DNA from: an uncultured virus (IMG/VR IMGVR_UViG_3300014073_000001)
Lineage: Duplodnaviria; Heunggongvirae; Uroviricota; Caudoviricetes
Reading direction: 5' to 3' (one strand)
DNA: 64,000 nucleotides
IMG/VR virus record: IMGVR_UViG_3300014073_000001
The notes beneath the pieces were generated by a model. It ran no database searches. It had not been told where the DNA came from and was given only the letters and a program-made list of their open reading frames with translations. Below, piece after piece: positions 10,314 to 21,200 of this stretch. Each line of letters opens with the position of its first letter. Positions within the stretch are counted from its first letter, which is position 1. The position numbers and the translations under genes are program-made.

Positions 10314-10961
10314 TTATAAGATAAAATAATAGTTTTTCTTGGGAATGTTCAAACTTCTCAAAGTATCGGCCCTAAACTTGCTTACTTCAATTGTATTTCG
10401 CATCAAATTGGCTCTTAATTGAGATTGAATGGAAGTAACTCGGACCGTATCTGCCATAAGACCCTCTTGAATATAAGTTTCACGGATAGCATCGCAGTCC
10501 AGGCGTAGACCAAGTGCAACAAGTGTTCGAGAAGTATCAAATCTTGTGATCCCTACTGCTAGCAAATTGCGTACCGTATCAAAGATATCCGTTTGGGTTG
10601 TAAAAACTCTTAGTGCTGTCGAATAATCCTCCCCTGGCACTTCAGTAATCCCATCGCTTGAAGCACGTATCCAGAAATAAGCCGGTAATGAATTAATTGT
10701 AATCGTTGCTGTAAATGTTTCAGGTTTATTGTTGTTATCTAAGGCGACATACCATTTACCATTCGCTCCGGCATAATCTATTTTGGCTGTAGTTACCTCA
10801 TCATCGTATTTATCAATAAATATCCGCTTTACTTCATAAGAAGGATTGATGGTACTAAGCAGTAAGCGAACCGGCGATTGTCCAGTACGATCATCTGAGA
10901 TTGCAACATCATAAACTCCAGCGGTAGTACCTTCCATAAATAATCTAACTTTTGATGCCAT
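10314..10961 (-). CDS. Phage structural protein (paralog of 11013-11432)
   Basis: 215 aa. VYDVAISDD..SP and KWYVALD..PETF match the neighbouring protein. Confidence 0.55.
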   Translation of the reverse strand: MASKVRLFMEGTTAGVYDVAISDDRTGQSPVRLLLSTINPSYEVKRIFIDKYDDEVTTAKIDYAGANGKWYVALDNNNKPETFTATITINSLPAYFWIRASSDGITEVPGEDYSTALRVFTTQTDIFDTVRNLLAVGITRFDTSRTLVALGLRLDCDAIRETYIQEGLMADTVRVTSIQSQLRANLMRNTIEVSKFRADTLRSLNIPKKNYYFIL

Positions 10962-11012
10962 TTTCTTTACCTGCTTTCCTAGTAATAAGAGAAGAGTTAC
11001 TATGCTCTTTCC

Positions 11013-11432
11013 TTATGCTGCTTGTACTCCATACAATACTTGCAGATCAACACTTGTATCAATTTGAACCAATTCTCCTTCTGTCGAAAGTGCCTTTGAC
11101 CAAATATAAATGCCGCTAGTTGTTATTTGCGTACCAATCGTAAGAGCTGCTCCAGGAGTTGTAAATGTACCAGGGGTACCACTTCCGTCAAGTGCTAATT
11201 GCCACTTAGCAGCAGCAACTCCGATTGGCTGAATTACTGTATTTTGACCTGCAAGCGTTTTGTAACCAAGTTCTGTTTTAAGTAGCAGTTTCTTCATGCC
11301 GCTCTCAGAAGCAGCCACGTTTAATGGACCAATGCTGATCGGCGTGCTTCCACTTCCATCGCTTGATACACAAACATTAAACACACCCGGGATTGATTCT
11401 TTGTAAATGTTGATATACGGATTATTGGCCAT
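11013..11432 (-). CDS. Phage structural protein
   Basis: 139 aa, starts MANNPYINIYK, AAGGAG RBS. Confidence 0.6.
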   Translation of the reverse strand: MANNPYINIYKESIPGVFNVCVSSDGSGSTPISIGPLNVAASESGMKKLLLKTELGYKTLAGQNTVIQPIGVAAAKWQLALDGSGTPGTFTTPGAALTIGTQITTSGIYIWSKALSTEGELVQIDTSVDLQVLYGVQAA

Positions 11433-11445
11433 ACTTTATCTCTCC

Positions 11446-11988
11446 TTACACATTAATTTGGATCGTCGCGACAAGATTGTTTAAGTTGTCTTGTATATCA
11501 TATACACGAAAACGCAGCACTTCACCGTTGATTGGAACATCTAAATCGCTGTCATTTAAAATAACATCGCCGACATTCATGTACAATCTCCTAAGCTGGC
11601 TCCAAACACCCGACCGGTTAATTTCTAAATCAATAATAAGCCGCTGTGAAATAGGCTGGTTAGAAGAGGGTAGAAGCTGAACATTTCTTATTTTTCCATA
11701 GTATGGAAACATTATTTCAGGCTCTACAACACCGACTTGTAAGTCATACATTACATAAACAAGCTCTTTTGTAACAATACGATCATTAGTAATCCGACTT
11801 AGTGGGGCTCCTTGACCGTTACCATGATATAGTTCATGACTATCAATCGTGTAGATTGCAACACCTTTTTCTTCTGCTGGAGGCAGTTGATCATGTAAAC
11901 AATATTTTAATACTGCCGTTCTTGGTTTATTCTCTAACTTTACTCCAATGAAATCTTTTTGTTTTTTGAAGCTAATTGTTTCGGACAT
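11446..11988 (-). CDS. Phage tail-associated protein (N-terminus like 8010-10235, C-terminus like 6817-7239)
   Basis: 180 aa, assigned by direct sequence comparison with the two neighbours. Confidence 0.6.
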   Translation of the reverse strand: MSETISFKKQKDFIGVKLENKPRTAVLKYCLHDQLPPAEEKGVAIYTIDSHELYHGNGQGAPLSRITNDRIVTKELVYVMYDLQVGVVEPEIMFPYYGKIRNVQLLPSSNQPISQRLIIDLEINRSGVWSQLRRLYMNVGDVILNDSDLDVPINGEVLRFRVYDIQDNLNNLVATIQINV

Positions 11989-12004
11989 TTCGGACGCTCC
12001 TTTT

Positions 12005-12451
12005 TTAGCTGGATATGATCTCGAAATATAATGATTTTAGATCATTTTCTTTAAGCCGGTATTCGGTAGCAGAAAACTCGAACGTCAATGCTAGGTAATT
12101 ATCGCCGCTATTGGCTGACGATCCATCATTTTTTACCCCGCTTAACTTAACCTTTTCTGGAAATGAAACAGTGGCTTTTTGTCCAGATATGATTAATGAT
12201 AATTCATCCATACCGCCGAGGATAACTTTACAGCATTGTAATAATGCTGAATCTTCCAGGCTATCAAAGTAGATATTAAGTGAAAAGTTATCAAGTGTTT
12301 CCACATCTTCAGTTCCCCACCGATTATTCCATATCTGAATATCTACACTAATTTTTTCCTCCTTTGTATACGTCCCAGCATAAAATTCTGATTGAGGTTG
12401 ATAAGTTTCGTCACCTATTCTGGAGTACCAAGATATGCGTGGCTTGTCCAT
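12005..12451 (-). CDS. Phage structural protein (WNN-motif family)
   Basis: 148 aa, IQIWNNRWG motif, AGGAGG RBS. Confidence 0.6.
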   Translation of the reverse strand: MDKPRISWYSRIGDETYQPQSEFYAGTYTKEEKISVDIQIWNNRWGTEDVETLDNFSLNIYFDSLEDSALLQCCKVILGGMDELSLIISGQKATVSFPEKVKLSGVKNDGSSANSGDNYLALTFEFSATEYRLKENDLKSLYFEIISS

Positions 12452-12462
12452 TTATTCTCCTC

Positions 12463-14424
12463 CTATAAGCCAAACTTAATGCCAGTTACATAAAGTGTTG
12501 CGCCTGCTGACATTAAGTCAGGATGTAAACTTATACGTACGTTATTACCTTCAGTTTGAAGCACGTACTCGGTTTCACGCATTAAGATGCGACTTGCACT
12601 TGCAGTTGCGTAGAATACTAAGATAAAATCAGTTATCTTAGTATTCTGAATCAAAATGTCACTGGCTGCCGACTTAACCTCGTTAATGCAACTTGCCATA
12701 GTCCCAGCTACAATCTCATCAGGTACATTATCTATTACGAGCTTATCTGTCTTTTTGACAAATTCTTTGAGCTCAGCTACCTTAGAATTAAGCCCCACAA
12801 TTTGACTGCTGATTGCTGTAAACTCATCTTGAACATTGCTGTTCAGTCTTGTTATCTGCTCCTGGAGATCTTCGCACTTAACAAGGCTATCATCAGCTTT
12901 TGTTTCGATATCATGCATCATCTGATCTAAGTGATCATAACTCCATACATGACGAGTAATTTTATGCGTTATGATTTGGCCAGAGGTTAGTGTAGTCAGC
13001 ACCTTAAAGCCGGAAGACATGTTGCCCCTGTCTCCAGCTGCGGCAACCGTTAAAGTGTTGGTAAGCTCCACAAACTCGGTTCCCCGATCCAGGCGTTTGC
13101 CATCTACAAAAACTTCCAACTGTTGTTCTCCTATCACAAACGGTGTGACTGTATTAAATGTTTTGTCCGTATTTAGAACGTTGTATGGAGTGAAGTTTTC
13201 CGTTACAAAAATTGCAGCTCTTTGGAATGTCTCACGGAGCGGTGCGCTGCGTATACTATGGAGAATAGTAACTTGTACAAAGGTTGCTCTGTCGAGTGGA
13301 TCCTTGAGTTTAAATCCTATACCATTATTCATATACGGCTTATCGGTCGGCAATATCATTTCTTCGAACTGGTCTCGCATTAGCAATGCGTTATCAATAA
13401 TCACTTCCAATGCATTCGTACCAGGAATGTAACGAAGATTGAGTTCATCTTCTTCGAACAGAAACGTCTGCGCATCAGCCGGGAATGTATCGATCGTCCA
13501 CATCTTGGATTCACGTAGCGGGATTGAAGAAGCATCATTGATAATAACCCAGCCATAATCGCCATTCTGTTCTTTCCAAATCATTAATTGGTTTGTGTTG
13601 TGATCGTACCAAAGGTCGTTAACCTGTGGCGCCTCAGGCTCTACGAAGTATATCTCTTGGGAGTCTTTATAAAGCTTACCGTTTAAATACAGCCTGTTCT
13701 GCTTATCTACGTACACTTTGCGGAATGTGCGGTATGTATCGTAGAACTGAACTGTTACGGTACGGTCAATCTGCCAATATACTAATCCGATTGCTCTGTA
13801 GTCCGGATAGTCCTCCAAGTCTACATGGCTGGGTGAGGTCGACATAATTCCTTTTTGATACAGGTACTGACCATTCTTGTGAAGCATAATCGAATCCATG
13901 CGGTTCCGGGTGTACTTGTATTCTACCTTTAGCTTACGGTTACTCCAGTTGAGAGCATTAACAGTTACGTTCTGACCAAGGATCGCCAACGCCGGTACGC
14001 GGCTGCCGGTATCTACATCAGTAATATAGAATTCTTCCTTGGCAGGGTACGATGCATCGACCGGAGGATTGTAAAATATAAAACCGTATTGGGTCGTTGA
14101 ATATGGAACGAACTTTAGTGTAAATACGCCTTCTGCATCAGGAACAACTTCTTCCGTAATGGCAATACTCTCAGGACCTCCCGGACGAAATGTTGCTGGA
14201 GGAACTTCGATCTCCTCCCCTGCTTCATTAATTATCATTCCTCTGCCAACGGTGATTGTGAAGTCACAGAGATTCGCCGTCATATCAAAGCCTTCGACGA
14301 TTCCATGACCGGCTACGCGCAAGCGCTCTCTCTTTAGCCATTCATGAACCAAATCAAAATTGAAATTGAGGTCATCTGCTTTGATGCCTGGCGAGAAGTC
14401 CAATCTATGCAGTTCAGTAGTCAT
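12463..14424 (-). CDS. Baseplate/tail-fibre-proximal structural protein
   Basis: 653 aa in the baseplate operon. GHGIVEGF, PQVNDLWYD and LEVFVDG motifs with a coiled-coil segment. Confidence 0.55.
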   Translation of the reverse strand: MTTELHRLDFSPGIKADDLNFNFDLVHEWLKRERLRVAGHGIVEGFDMTANLCDFTITVGRGMIINEAGEEIEVPPATFRPGGPESIAITEEVVPDAEGVFTLKFVPYSTTQYGFIFYNPPVDASYPAKEEFYITDVDTGSRVPALAILGQNVTVNALNWSNRKLKVEYKYTRNRMDSIMLHKNGQYLYQKGIMSTSPSHVDLEDYPDYRAIGLVYWQIDRTVTVQFYDTYRTFRKVYVDKQNRLYLNGKLYKDSQEIYFVEPEAPQVNDLWYDHNTNQLMIWKEQNGDYGWVIINDASSIPLRESKMWTIDTFPADAQTFLFEEDELNLRYIPGTNALEVIIDNALLMRDQFEEMILPTDKPYMNNGIGFKLKDPLDRATFVQVTILHSIRSAPLRETFQRAAIFVTENFTPYNVLNTDKTFNTVTPFVIGEQQLEVFVDGKRLDRGTEFVELTNTLTVAAAGDRGNMSSGFKVLTTLTSGQIITHKITRHVWSYDHLDQMMHDIETKADDSLVKCEDLQEQITRLNSNVQDEFTAISSQIVGLNSKVAELKEFVKKTDKLVIDNVPDEIVAGTMASCINEVKSAASDILIQNTKITDFILVFYATASASRILMRETEYVLQTEGNNVRISLHPDLMSAGATLYVTGIKFGL

Positions 14425-14435
14425 TATCTCAACTC

Positions 14436-16337
14436 CTATTCATAAACGATTAATGGGTAGTCTCCAGACGCTGCATGCTTACCAATCGCATCACGAATCT
14501 TAGTATCGTGTTCTTTTAAGCGAATGGGAAGTCTAATGACCATCGTAGCGCCTACACGGTATGGTCGGCCATTCACATGGCCAATGTCCAGCATGCTATA
14601 ATTAGGATCACTATCCAGCGGCAGCCCGCCGCCATTAACTCGAATGTTAAATGCTTTTGCAGCGGGATTGCTAACCACTCTGATGGTAGCAACCTTCAAT
14701 CCGTCAGAAGCGGTAAAGTCGTTTACAGGGATTAGTACGAAATCGTTCTTGATATCTGTCGTTCCGGGTTTGCAAACAAGTACATATTCCTTGCGAGGAT
14801 CCTCGATTCGCATGGTTTGATCTTGCCTCGTATGTATCCGATTCTGTGTACTGTGACAGGGGTGGATCGTGATGTACAATCCAGTATCGTTGATTTCCGT
14901 ACTGATATCTAACCCTGACTCTATTTTTTTAATTACCTCTTGTCGGTAGTGAATTACACTATGCTTGGACGTATAAATAGAAATATCTCCGTCATTTTTT
15001 GCCGGGTCAGGATTAGTGCTGATCTTGTAAAAGAACATATCCTTAGCCGAGTTCATATTAAGGAAGATAACATCGGTGCTTGATGTATTGACTGCAAGCA
15101 GTGTGAATTCATTACCGATGTCGTAGTTATCGTTCTTTAGGAGATCACTGAGATTTAGCTCTGCATGCTGCAGATTATACTTGGAACGTTTATAGGCAAT
15201 GAAGTCTACCGGTTGATCTGTAATCCAGCTGCTAACTTCCTTAGTCCTATAGTACGACTTCAAAAATACCTGCATCATCAGTTCGTAGAGCAGATTAACA
15301 TTCTCATGCAAGTTATCAAAGAATGTCTTATGAGTTACAACTACGAAACCACCATTCGCTTTCTCCAGGATGAGAGCGGCTCCATCTTCAAATGGGTAGG
15401 AGTATGTGTAGCTGGCCGCCGGATAGCCTGGATGCTCTCCCTCATCAAAGTACTGGATATAATCTTTAATAGAATAGTCAGTGGTTTTATACAGAGTAGG
15501 TGCTTTTAACCTGAAATTGGAATTGTTCTTAGTCTTAATCAAGCTGCCAAAGGTCTCTACACTCAGCCACGCATTGGTGTTAGAACTTAACAACGTATCC
15601 ATATCTAACACCCGCAAGGTGGTGGCTACGACCGTCGTTGTTTTCACCTTCTCGGTCCCCTTGAGCGCTATCGTAACAGTTGTTGTCGTGCTTGTATCTC
15701 CATTTACATCAGTTGTGCTAGTCGTTTCGGCAGGAGTCGCTGCGGCTACAGTCTCCTCGGTGGTGGTCGTTACGATCTTCTTATAGTGGGTGCCGTCTGG
15801 TGATTTAATAAACATAAAGTCATTTCCTATGAAGGAAGCATTAATTAAAGTCTCTGGAGTCATACCACAATCATTGATCGAAATATTAGGCGGACAGAGT
15901 CTACGCCGCGGTGCATCACCAAACACCGCGATTAACTGCTTGGAAAATGCAAGGTCGGCCGCCTCTTCGTGAACGGCCACTTTGAGATTGTAATGCTTAT
16001 CATTCCGGAAGGTCATATTCTTTTTGACCAATGCACTAAAGGAGAACCGCAGAGGAGTGAATTCCACTGCATTCTGCGGCTCATAGACATACCGGTTGCC
16101 CAAGCGCTTTAACATTAAGCTTTTAATGATCTCATTATTCTCATCGAAGAAATACGCTTCAGGACTATCAAACTCTTCATAAGCTCTGATTATACCCTCA
16201 CTACCGTTGAAGATCGGTTCCCTTGCTATGCTGATAAACTGCTCGGTGCTGCTCGTATCAATATAGGCCAATGGGATATCGCGCAGTTCTACCTTGCTAA
16301 CTTCTTTAACATCATGCTGTGATGCGTATATCTTCAA
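14436..16337 (-). CDS. Virion/baseplate structural protein with Thr-rich insertion
   Basis: 633 aa. C-terminal NIRVNGGGLP...DIGHVNGRPY motif resembles large-myophage baseplate proteins. Confidence 0.55.
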   Translation of the reverse strand: MKIYASQHDVKEVSKVELRDIPLAYIDTSSTEQFISIAREPIFNGSEGIIRAYEEFDSPEAYFFDENNEIIKSLMLKRLGNRYVYEPQNAVEFTPLRFSFSALVKKNMTFRNDKHYNLKVAVHEEAADLAFSKQLIAVFGDAPRRRLCPPNISINDCGMTPETLINASFIGNDFMFIKSPDGTHYKKIVTTTTEETVAAATPAETTSTTDVNGDTSTTTTVTIALKGTEKVKTTTVVATTLRVLDMDTLLSSNTNAWLSVETFGSLIKTKNNSNFRLKAPTLYKTTDYSIKDYIQYFDEGEHPGYPAASYTYSYPFEDGAALILEKANGGFVVVTHKTFFDNLHENVNLLYELMMQVFLKSYYRTKEVSSWITDQPVDFIAYKRSKYNLQHAELNLSDLLKNDNYDIGNEFTLLAVNTSSTDVIFLNMNSAKDMFFYKISTNPDPAKNDGDISIYTSKHSVIHYRQEVIKKIESGLDISTEINDTGLYITIHPCHSTQNRIHTRQDQTMRIEDPRKEYVLVCKPGTTDIKNDFVLIPVNDFTASDGLKVATIRVVSNPAAKAFNIRVNGGGLPLDSDPNYSMLDIGHVNGRPYRVGATMVIRLPIRLKEHDTKIRDAIGKHAASGDYPLIVYE

Positions 16338-16338
16338 C

Positions 16339-18201
16339 TTAGTTCCCTCCTTGCTGCTTTCTCAGAACGATGTACTTGTTCCGATCCGGCTTAATGCTGG
16401 TGATCTTATAATCACTCACGGATCCGTCGGTGCTCTCGTAGGACATATATAGTGCATCGTTATTGCTCGATGCTTCTACTTCGTAGGAACCGTATTCTTG
16501 CAAGAAATTAATGCAATAGCTGTCATTCTTGAGATAATCGACGAGGAAGGCTTGGTATAGAGCCCTGACTTCTGCAGTAATTTCTATCTCGGGCCGATCG
16601 TAATTGATTATATATTTCATTTCATCGATGATGTCGTATTTGCTAGTATACAAATCGATAGAGTTGACCATGGCCTTTTGCGGAATGAGATAGAAGTTTT
16701 CTTCGCTTATCACCGCATCATGAGGAATTCCGTATAATTTTACTGCACCAGATACATCAGCAACGGGCTTAGCAAGCACGATGGGTTCACGTACATCAGG
16801 GAAGATCTCACGTTCGTAGTTAGTGAACAGGTAGTAGTTTTTATTTCCATTGAGTACTTCACGATACGATGCGGAAAGATCGAGCGGATTGCCATCTTCA
16901 CTTTCTATAATTACGGGACCGCTAATCGTACTCGGTACAAACTTTCGAAAGGTTTTTTGAAGTAGTACATTAGTCTCTTTATTCTGATCATCAACAATGA
17001 GGAGTTCCGCAATGATTGCCGACATGTTTTTAAAGAGAAGCAATTTATGTTCATCATCTGTTCTGAGGCCGATGTCGAGTTCTCTATAGAGCTCATTCGC
17101 ACGCTGTATCACCAGCTTATTCGTAGCCACTGTGTAAACATATTGGTATTCCTTATTGAGATCGATGTTGGCCATGTCTTTGGTAACACGTTCATGCTTA
17201 GTCGCCACGATACCGTATGGACATTCCTTGGTTAAATCTTCCCACTCAGGGAGATCGCTTATCGTACCCTTCCAGGAAATGCTCTTTAGGCGGATCAGGT
17301 TGACGGTGATATAGCTACCATCTTGCGTTACTACTTCTCCTTCAGTTTCTACATAAGCGCCATCAGCCAGATCTTTCATACTCACATTCGTGATCTTGCC
17401 AGAGGTACCCTTAAACTTAATATTTACTTTGCCGTCTGCAGCGAGTATGAACCGGCCATTTTCAAGAATACTCTTTTGGGCGTCATCAAAATGAATATCA
17501 GTAGAGTTAAAAATAAAGCATTCAATATCATTTGCTTCATTGACCTTTTCGCTTTGATACTCCACGTAATAAGTGCCCGCGCACAGCTCAATTTCCTGTT
17601 GCTCCAATTCGGCAGCGTGCTCACACCCCTCTATAATAAAACCGTCTCTAAAGAAAGCTATCCGTCCACCATTCGTATTCTTGATGTTGACCATCCAGTT
17701 AGTCGGAATGCCACTGGCGATTGACGCATATTTCAGCGTATTGCCGGCATTGGAGTAAAACCCTATCCGGTATTTATCTAATGAGCCTTTGATTGTGTAA
17801 TGACCAAGTTCCCTCAGTTCCCGTGCGTTGGTCACTGGATTGTGTGTGACCAGATTGAGCTCTACGACTTGTCCTTTCTTGGAGAAGATTAGATTAGCAT
17901 TTGTGTTTGCATCAGAAGCAGCAAATGCGCATGAGGCTTCTACAGGGGTTGATTGCGACAGATAGTGTCGCTCAATCACATGGAAGTCATTATCGCCCAG
18001 CTTAAATAGATAGAGGCTGTCTACTTCGTTTAGCGGCTTGCCATTGTCTACAGCCAGCAATATACCGATACCGGGATAAAGGTAATCGACCGAGAGATCG
18101 ATTACCATATCGCCAGTATATACATAATCGGAGGATAGAACATCTTGTTCATAGAACCGTATTCCGTTATCTCGTTCCACCCGACTATTTGTCTGAAACA
18201 T
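16339..18201 (-). CDS. Virion/baseplate structural protein
   Basis: 620-aa ORF whose start overlaps the upstream stop (translational coupling). Confidence 0.55.
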   Translation of the reverse strand: MFQTNSRVERDNGIRFYEQDVLSSDYVYTGDMVIDLSVDYLYPGIGILLAVDNGKPLNEVDSLYLFKLGDNDFHVIERHYLSQSTPVEASCAFAASDANTNANLIFSKKGQVVELNLVTHNPVTNARELRELGHYTIKGSLDKYRIGFYSNAGNTLKYASIASGIPTNWMVNIKNTNGGRIAFFRDGFIIEGCEHAAELEQQEIELCAGTYYVEYQSEKVNEANDIECFIFNSTDIHFDDAQKSILENGRFILAADGKVNIKFKGTSGKITNVSMKDLADGAYVETEGEVVTQDGSYITVNLIRLKSISWKGTISDLPEWEDLTKECPYGIVATKHERVTKDMANIDLNKEYQYVYTVATNKLVIQRANELYRELDIGLRTDDEHKLLLFKNMSAIIAELLIVDDQNKETNVLLQKTFRKFVPSTISGPVIIESEDGNPLDLSASYREVLNGNKNYYLFTNYEREIFPDVREPIVLAKPVADVSGAVKLYGIPHDAVISEENFYLIPQKAMVNSIDLYTSKYDIIDEMKYIINYDRPEIEITAEVRALYQAFLVDYLKNDSYCINFLQEYGSYEVEASSNNDALYMSYESTDGSVSDYKITSIKPDRNKYIVLRKQQGGN

Positions 18202-21200
18202 TACCCCACCACCTCAAAGTTGAAGCTGCCTACAGCGATTTTTGCTTGTTCATCGTCCAGGCAGATTTTAAATTGGAACAGTCTATAGTTCTCGAACACC
18301 AGCAAATCACCAATAGCTTTCATGTTACTATCCAGGTTTAAATTCTTCCATTCAGTCCATACAGCATGCTCAGCATCTTCTCTACAGGCTCGGATCTGGA
18401 CGCGAATCTTGTTGGGCAGGTTCAGCTCTTTGGCATCTAAGCCGCGGATTTTGAACTTGGCCATATAACCGGTATCATAAACTTTAGTTATCATATCGCC
18501 AGAGCGATTTGTCGTAATGCGGAGCGGAGCATCAGTTTCCGCATATTCCGCAAATACTTCTATGTTATTTATTACGTGTCCATCAGGCATTTCTACCCTA
18601 ACCTTCATGTAAGTTGATAGCTTATTTCTGAATACTTGCAACGTGTTCGTATTCTCAAGCGAGTTAACTACATTGAAGCCGCTGTTGGATGCATCAGATG
18701 TCAGCGCGGTGATTTTGAAACCAGACAGCATATCGAGTGTTACGTCGTTGACTTTCACGATCAAGCTCTTAATAGACTCTTTATTTCTCAGATAGAAGGC
18801 CGCTGATTCTATGGCAGCCGCATCACCGTCGGCATACATCGCCTCTTTCCCTTGCTTGACATTCGTTAGTTTGCAAGTGCTCCAGTTCGCGCGTGCTTCA
18901 TAAATCTTAGTCACTCCCCAGTCGACGTTAGCACCGGTTTGCAACTTACCGTCCGTATCAAGCTCAAGGTTGTTGAACTGATTGCCGTTAGCATCAAATA
19001 GCAAGCGATGTACGTAATTGGTTCTCGCCCGTTCATTGATGGTCAGATCCAAAGCATCAATGTTTTTGAGGTGGATCGTGCGCTGCATTTCTGTCGGTAC
19101 ATACTCTTTAATTACGATATCATCGATAATACCGCTGCCGGTTAAGAGCAAGAAGTATTTATAATCTGGATCATACTCCTCATCAAACACGAAGTATTGA
19201 TAGGCTCCGTCTACTTTGAGATCTTCATAAGGCTGAGCAAACAGTGCTTTGCTATAGGTGCTGTTGCGGTGTTTAATCTCTTTTGCGATTTTTACGGTAA
19301 GCGGTCCGCTCGCTGTGAGCGAAACGATTGTGTTCGTCCATAGGAATCTCGAGATATCCATGATCGCATAGGAGTTATCGCTGTTGGCTTTAAACTCTAA
19401 TGCCTTGCCGTTCGTGCCTGTTTTGAAGGAGATATCCATATCAAAGTCGATCCAGCAGTTATAGCTGTCGCAGGCAGTGAGAGAATTGATCCTGCTCAAC
19501 CCATTGATGTTTTGGTTATTCACGAAGTCGACGTTACATAGCTCACCGGTACGGCCTGGGCGCATGGCTGAGTCAAGTAGATAGTTGATCGACTTCTGAA
19601 TAAATGCCAATGAGTTTCCAAGGCGCCGTACATTATGCAGGCTTACATTGCTCATGCGATCGATAGTCTCGGTAGTCTTGGAATGATACTGGTAGTACTC
19701 CAGTCCATCTACATAGAAAAATCCGGTCTTCACAGCCACTACATTGTCGATGTTTGCCTTCACAACTTTGAGCACATTACCATCTTCTACTTTCGCTTTG
19801 AAGTTGGGGTTGGTGCAATTGATATATACCTTATCCGGATTACGTCCAGCTTCCATGCCGAAGTCGAGAACGACAAGGCTGCCATCGACAAGATCTCGAA
19901 TTGTGATCGGAACATTGTTAATAATCTTGTAAGCTTCTGTCGTGTAACCAACCAGCTCATAGAGGTGCTCTAAACTAGTGTAGGCTAGATACTTAGGAGA
20001 ATTATACTTGAGATATACTTCCGCCTCCATGCCAACGTAATTTTGATTCTTCCAAACAATGATGCCTTCTTTCCCCATTAATTCGTAATCAGCTGAGCTA
20101 ATGGTGACGCCGTTGATCACAATCTTGCTAATGAAGTCAATATTCGAGTAAAACAGTTTATTGAAGCCGTCTTCTTCAACATAGATACGACAGCCGTAAT
20201 CTTTGGTCTCGTAGACAATCTTCATATTTGCTGGTGGAGTAATGATATATTGTGCCAGTTCCGCGGTTTGCCCTTCTACCTCATATTCAGTGTCTAAGAG
20301 AATATTATTGGAGACGACAAATTTCTTAGTGAATTGCTTTAGCTCCAGCTCATAGCTGTCGCTGTTGCCCTGCCCCATATCGATCTCCACACAAATAGGT
20401 TTTGGCCCCAAAGACCAGGAACTAAGTCCATTATTTTTTTCGAAGCGCGCAGTGGCAGTTAACTCCGGATTTACGATCGCGTCAATTGTATAAACCACGC
20501 TGCTGTTGGGCGGAAGAAGCGGCATAAATGTATCGACTATCGCAACACCTGGATAAACGCTCTTAAGCGCCCTGAGCTTGTTATATGCTATATATTCTTT
20601 CGACTCAGTAGGAAACAAATATAGTTCTTCGAAACTATGATCGAAGGAGTTGCCAATCGATTCTACGTTGTTAGCCTTGTCAACAATAAATGAGCCGGTT
20701 ACTCCGATCGGTAAATTTTTAAGTTTAAAGGCATCGGCAAATCCATTCAAGTTACTTCTGGACAGGCGGACGAAAGATTCTTCGTAAGTCATGGTATCCC
20801 GCAGGATAAATCCTTTAAGAGCTTTGCTGACATACACCTGAAAGGCGCCGGCAGATGGGCAGACTAATTTCTGCAGGGTAACAGATTCCATCAAGATCAG
20901 CGAGTTACCCTCAATTATAATTGTATCCAGTTCTTGCCCAGGCTGCAGCATGACGAGACTCAGTACCGCTCCAGCTTCCGTTGTGCGTTCAATAGCAGGG
21001 GTAGATTTCGTGATCGTCAAGAAGCGGCTAGTGTCGACTATGAGTCCCACCGAGCCGGTAGTGTCGTTTCGATAAATCGGTTTGGTAATCAGATTGTCTG
21101 TAACCAAAGTTTCTACGGTGCCATTAATTTTATAAAGCTTCACGAAACAATTAGAGGAGATATCGAGAGAATGATTTCCTGCGCCGGTTACTACTTCTCT

